A stretch of DNA of 58,697 nt, the filler included, from Stramenopiles sp. TOSAG23-2 (taxonomy: Eukaryota), in the NCBI GenBank assembly GCA_900128395.1. It is 6 parts of 6 records of this genome, joined end to end, with 100 filler letters (N's around TTAATTAATTAA, not from the genome) between each part and the next. Parts side by side here need not be neighbours in the genome. Positions count along the whole stretch, not along the records: positions 49,020 to 58,697 come from LT650089.1; 5 more parts are not named here. One strand, 5' to 3'. The first letter of the stretch is position 1. The number at the start of each line of letters is the position of its first letter. Below, in pieces: positions 56,601 to 58,697 of this stretch. The translations under genes were made by a program, and so were the position numbers. The notes beneath the pieces were generated by a model that worked only from the letters and a program-made list of their open reading frames with translations, ran no database searches and had not been told where the DNA came from.

Positions 56601-58697
56601 ATGAAAATACTAAAAACAATCCTGGCAAATATAGATGATATTAAAGATTCACGCGCTCGCAATGGTATTAAGGAATCATGTCGATCGGCAAGCCTTGCTG
56701 GTATACTGTTGAGAAATATAGTATTTTCAGAGGTTGATTATTTTGAAGTGGAGGACTTGGAAGCAAAGAATGCATTGAGATCAACGACACTCCAACTTAT
56801 TGAGAGTCTCGTTTTCCTCGATAAATTTAGGGTTGATAACGCTGAAGACGGTACAAATTTATATGAAAAGAACGGTGTAGACAATGATGACATGGATGAG
56901 GATCTTATGTTTGGATCTGCTAGCGATTTCGACTTCGATAATGAGGATAGTGATACACATAAAACATTCCCTATTGATGAATATTCATCTTCGCGTGTCG
57001 CAAATTGGAGAGACGATGCACAATACGGCCTGTATGATATTTTATGCCAACTGGATGATGTACACATTTCGATTCAAGAAGCCCCATTAAAAACTTTAAA
57101 TATGGCCATAAATAGCATGCAAAGGCATGAGAACAAAAAAAAATCTAAAGTTGAGCCATCCTCTGTTGGTATTCAGAACCTTGGAAGCACATGCTACATG
57201 AATTCTGTGTTTCAACAGTTGTATGCGATTAAAGATTTTCGAGATGCAGTTTTAACTTCACAATTAGTTCGCTCGGAGATTCGAGATGACGCCAATGATA
57301 AGGAAGAAGAAAATAAAAAAGAAACTGTTGTGATATTAGATAGCGTTCAAGAAATGTTTTGGCGTATGGAGTTAACAAATCTTCCATATGTCACTGCTGA
57401 AGCATTTTGTTCAAAATTTCAATTTTATAATGGAACTCCCTTAAATGTGAAAGAACAACAAGACGCATCTGAATTTTTCAATCGTCTTTGTGATTTAATG
57501 AAAGAAAATTTAGATAAGATAAAAGGCAAGAATTTTGTAACGGAGACTGTTGGCGGGTCGTACGTCAATCGATACACATGCAAGGCTTGTAAGCGTGTCC
57601 ATGATAGCGAGCAGGAAATGTACAATTTACACCTTTCCGTAAAAGATCGGGCCAATATTTATGAATCATTAAAAGCAAATTATACGTCCCCTGAATTACT
57701 TTCTGGCTATAAATGCGAAAAATGTGGTAAGAGTGACCAAACAGAAAAAGTCTGTCTGCTCAAACGGCTACCGAATGTATTGATCTGCAGCTTGAAACGA
57801 TTTGAATTGAACTACAATACATTTTTGAGGGAAAAAGTGAACAGTAAATTTGAATTTCCGGAAGAATTGAATTTGTGGAAATATACTGATGGCGGTTTTG
57901 ATCAAAACAACGTAGACAATCAAGAAGATGGAGAAACCGAAGCTGATGATGTTGGTAATAATACAACAAAAGACGCTAAAGAGGATGTAGTAATTGATAA
58001 TTTTAATAGCAATGATCAAAATCAAACGGAAAATAGAAAAGAAGAAGTTGATGCTTTTGATAATTCTGCCTCCGAAGAGGATGGAAATTCAAGCTATAGG
58101 TTAAAAGGTATTGTCATTCATTCCGGGAGTGCTAATGGTGGTCACTATTATTCGTTTATAAAAAATCAAAACAATGATAATTGGACAGAATATAATGATT
58201 TGATCGTTCGTTCATGGGATTGCAAAACTCGTTTAGTCCATGATTGCTTTGGAGGTAGTGACAACACGAATAATACCTGGACTTGGCAAGCGAAAAACGA
58301 TAATCATCAAAGTGCGTATATGTTAGTATATGAACGAATTGGCAGCAATTTAAGAAATAAGAATTTAACAATGGCAAAGTACCATGATAAAGGCGTAATG
58401 GGAAATCGTACCATTGTTAATTTGCATGATAAATACTTGCCTGGAAAAGTTGGAGAGCAAATAGCTTCTGAAAATAAATATTTCAGTCAGTTGCAAAGAA
58501 CATTTGATGCAGCATATTTGAATTTTTTAGCCAATGTTATTGAGAAAATTTCGGAGATTGAAGTTCAGTCTTACACTAGGATAAATTTAAGTGTTATAGA
58601 TAATTTGGATAATTATGATGAAGGGGGTAGTACAAAAGCAACGGATGGGCTTGACCTATATTTTTTTGTATTGAGGTCATATCTTTATATATTTAGA
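50680..58697 (+). CDS. Large ubiquitin-specific protease (USP9X/24/34-like, peptidase C19); assembly-disrupted, 3'-partial
   Basis: ATG 50680; frameshift in G9 run (51208-51216); N gap 53904-54644 with duplicated flanks; frame break near 55775. Frame from 55773 is open to the window end with Cys box GIQNLGSTCYMNSVFQQL (Cys 57192), EQQDASEFF, CKAC/CEKC, LKRFE..KVNSKFEFP, His box IHSGSANGGHYYSFIK (His 58143), WTEYND, SAYMLVYER. Confidence 0.92.

Noticed and set aside
1-58697. CRISPR arrays, tRNA/rRNA genes, intact transposases, alternative genetic code
   Set aside because: None seen by eye. Conserved genes translate fully with the standard code and end in TAA, TAG or TGA.

Overview
AT-rich, intron-poor, gene-dense eukaryotic nuclear DNA. 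Gene content and composition suggest a flagellated stramenopile-like protist from a SAG/MAG-type assembly (inference). The window is NOT one locus: six contigs of decreasing length (9713, 9712, 9707, 9703, 9684, 9678 bp) are joined by artificial 100-bp N44-TTAATTAATTAA-N44 linkers, so neighbourhood across linkers means nothing. Housekeeping genes: NVL/Rix7, ZPR1, PH-PP2C, ataxin-2, an RI-like LRR protein, a tropinone-reductase-like SDR (one intron), NAA50, TTC29, PRP8, a Cdc15/SepH/MAP3K-epsilon kinase and a large broken USP. Two long ORFs missing from the ORF track (they run off the window) were translated by hand. The first is the best finding: a minus-strand NLR-like protein (2140 to <1) with a myristoylation motif, Ubl-like domain, degenerate TIR, catalytic-type TIR and NACHT ATPase. 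The second is the USP catalytic half (55773 to >58697). Other notable items: a 3xPA14-LNR-EGF membrane lectin-like receptor, a Duo1/Dad2-like DASH candidate, an F-box-like ankyrin gene with divergent duplicated segments, an interspersed repeat shared by two contigs, an insertion flanked by 58-bp direct repeats in a pseudogene, a fold-back repeat, and recurrent CCAG/CTGG and TACCWGG intergenic motifs. All domain calls rest on motif recognition; no database searches were run.
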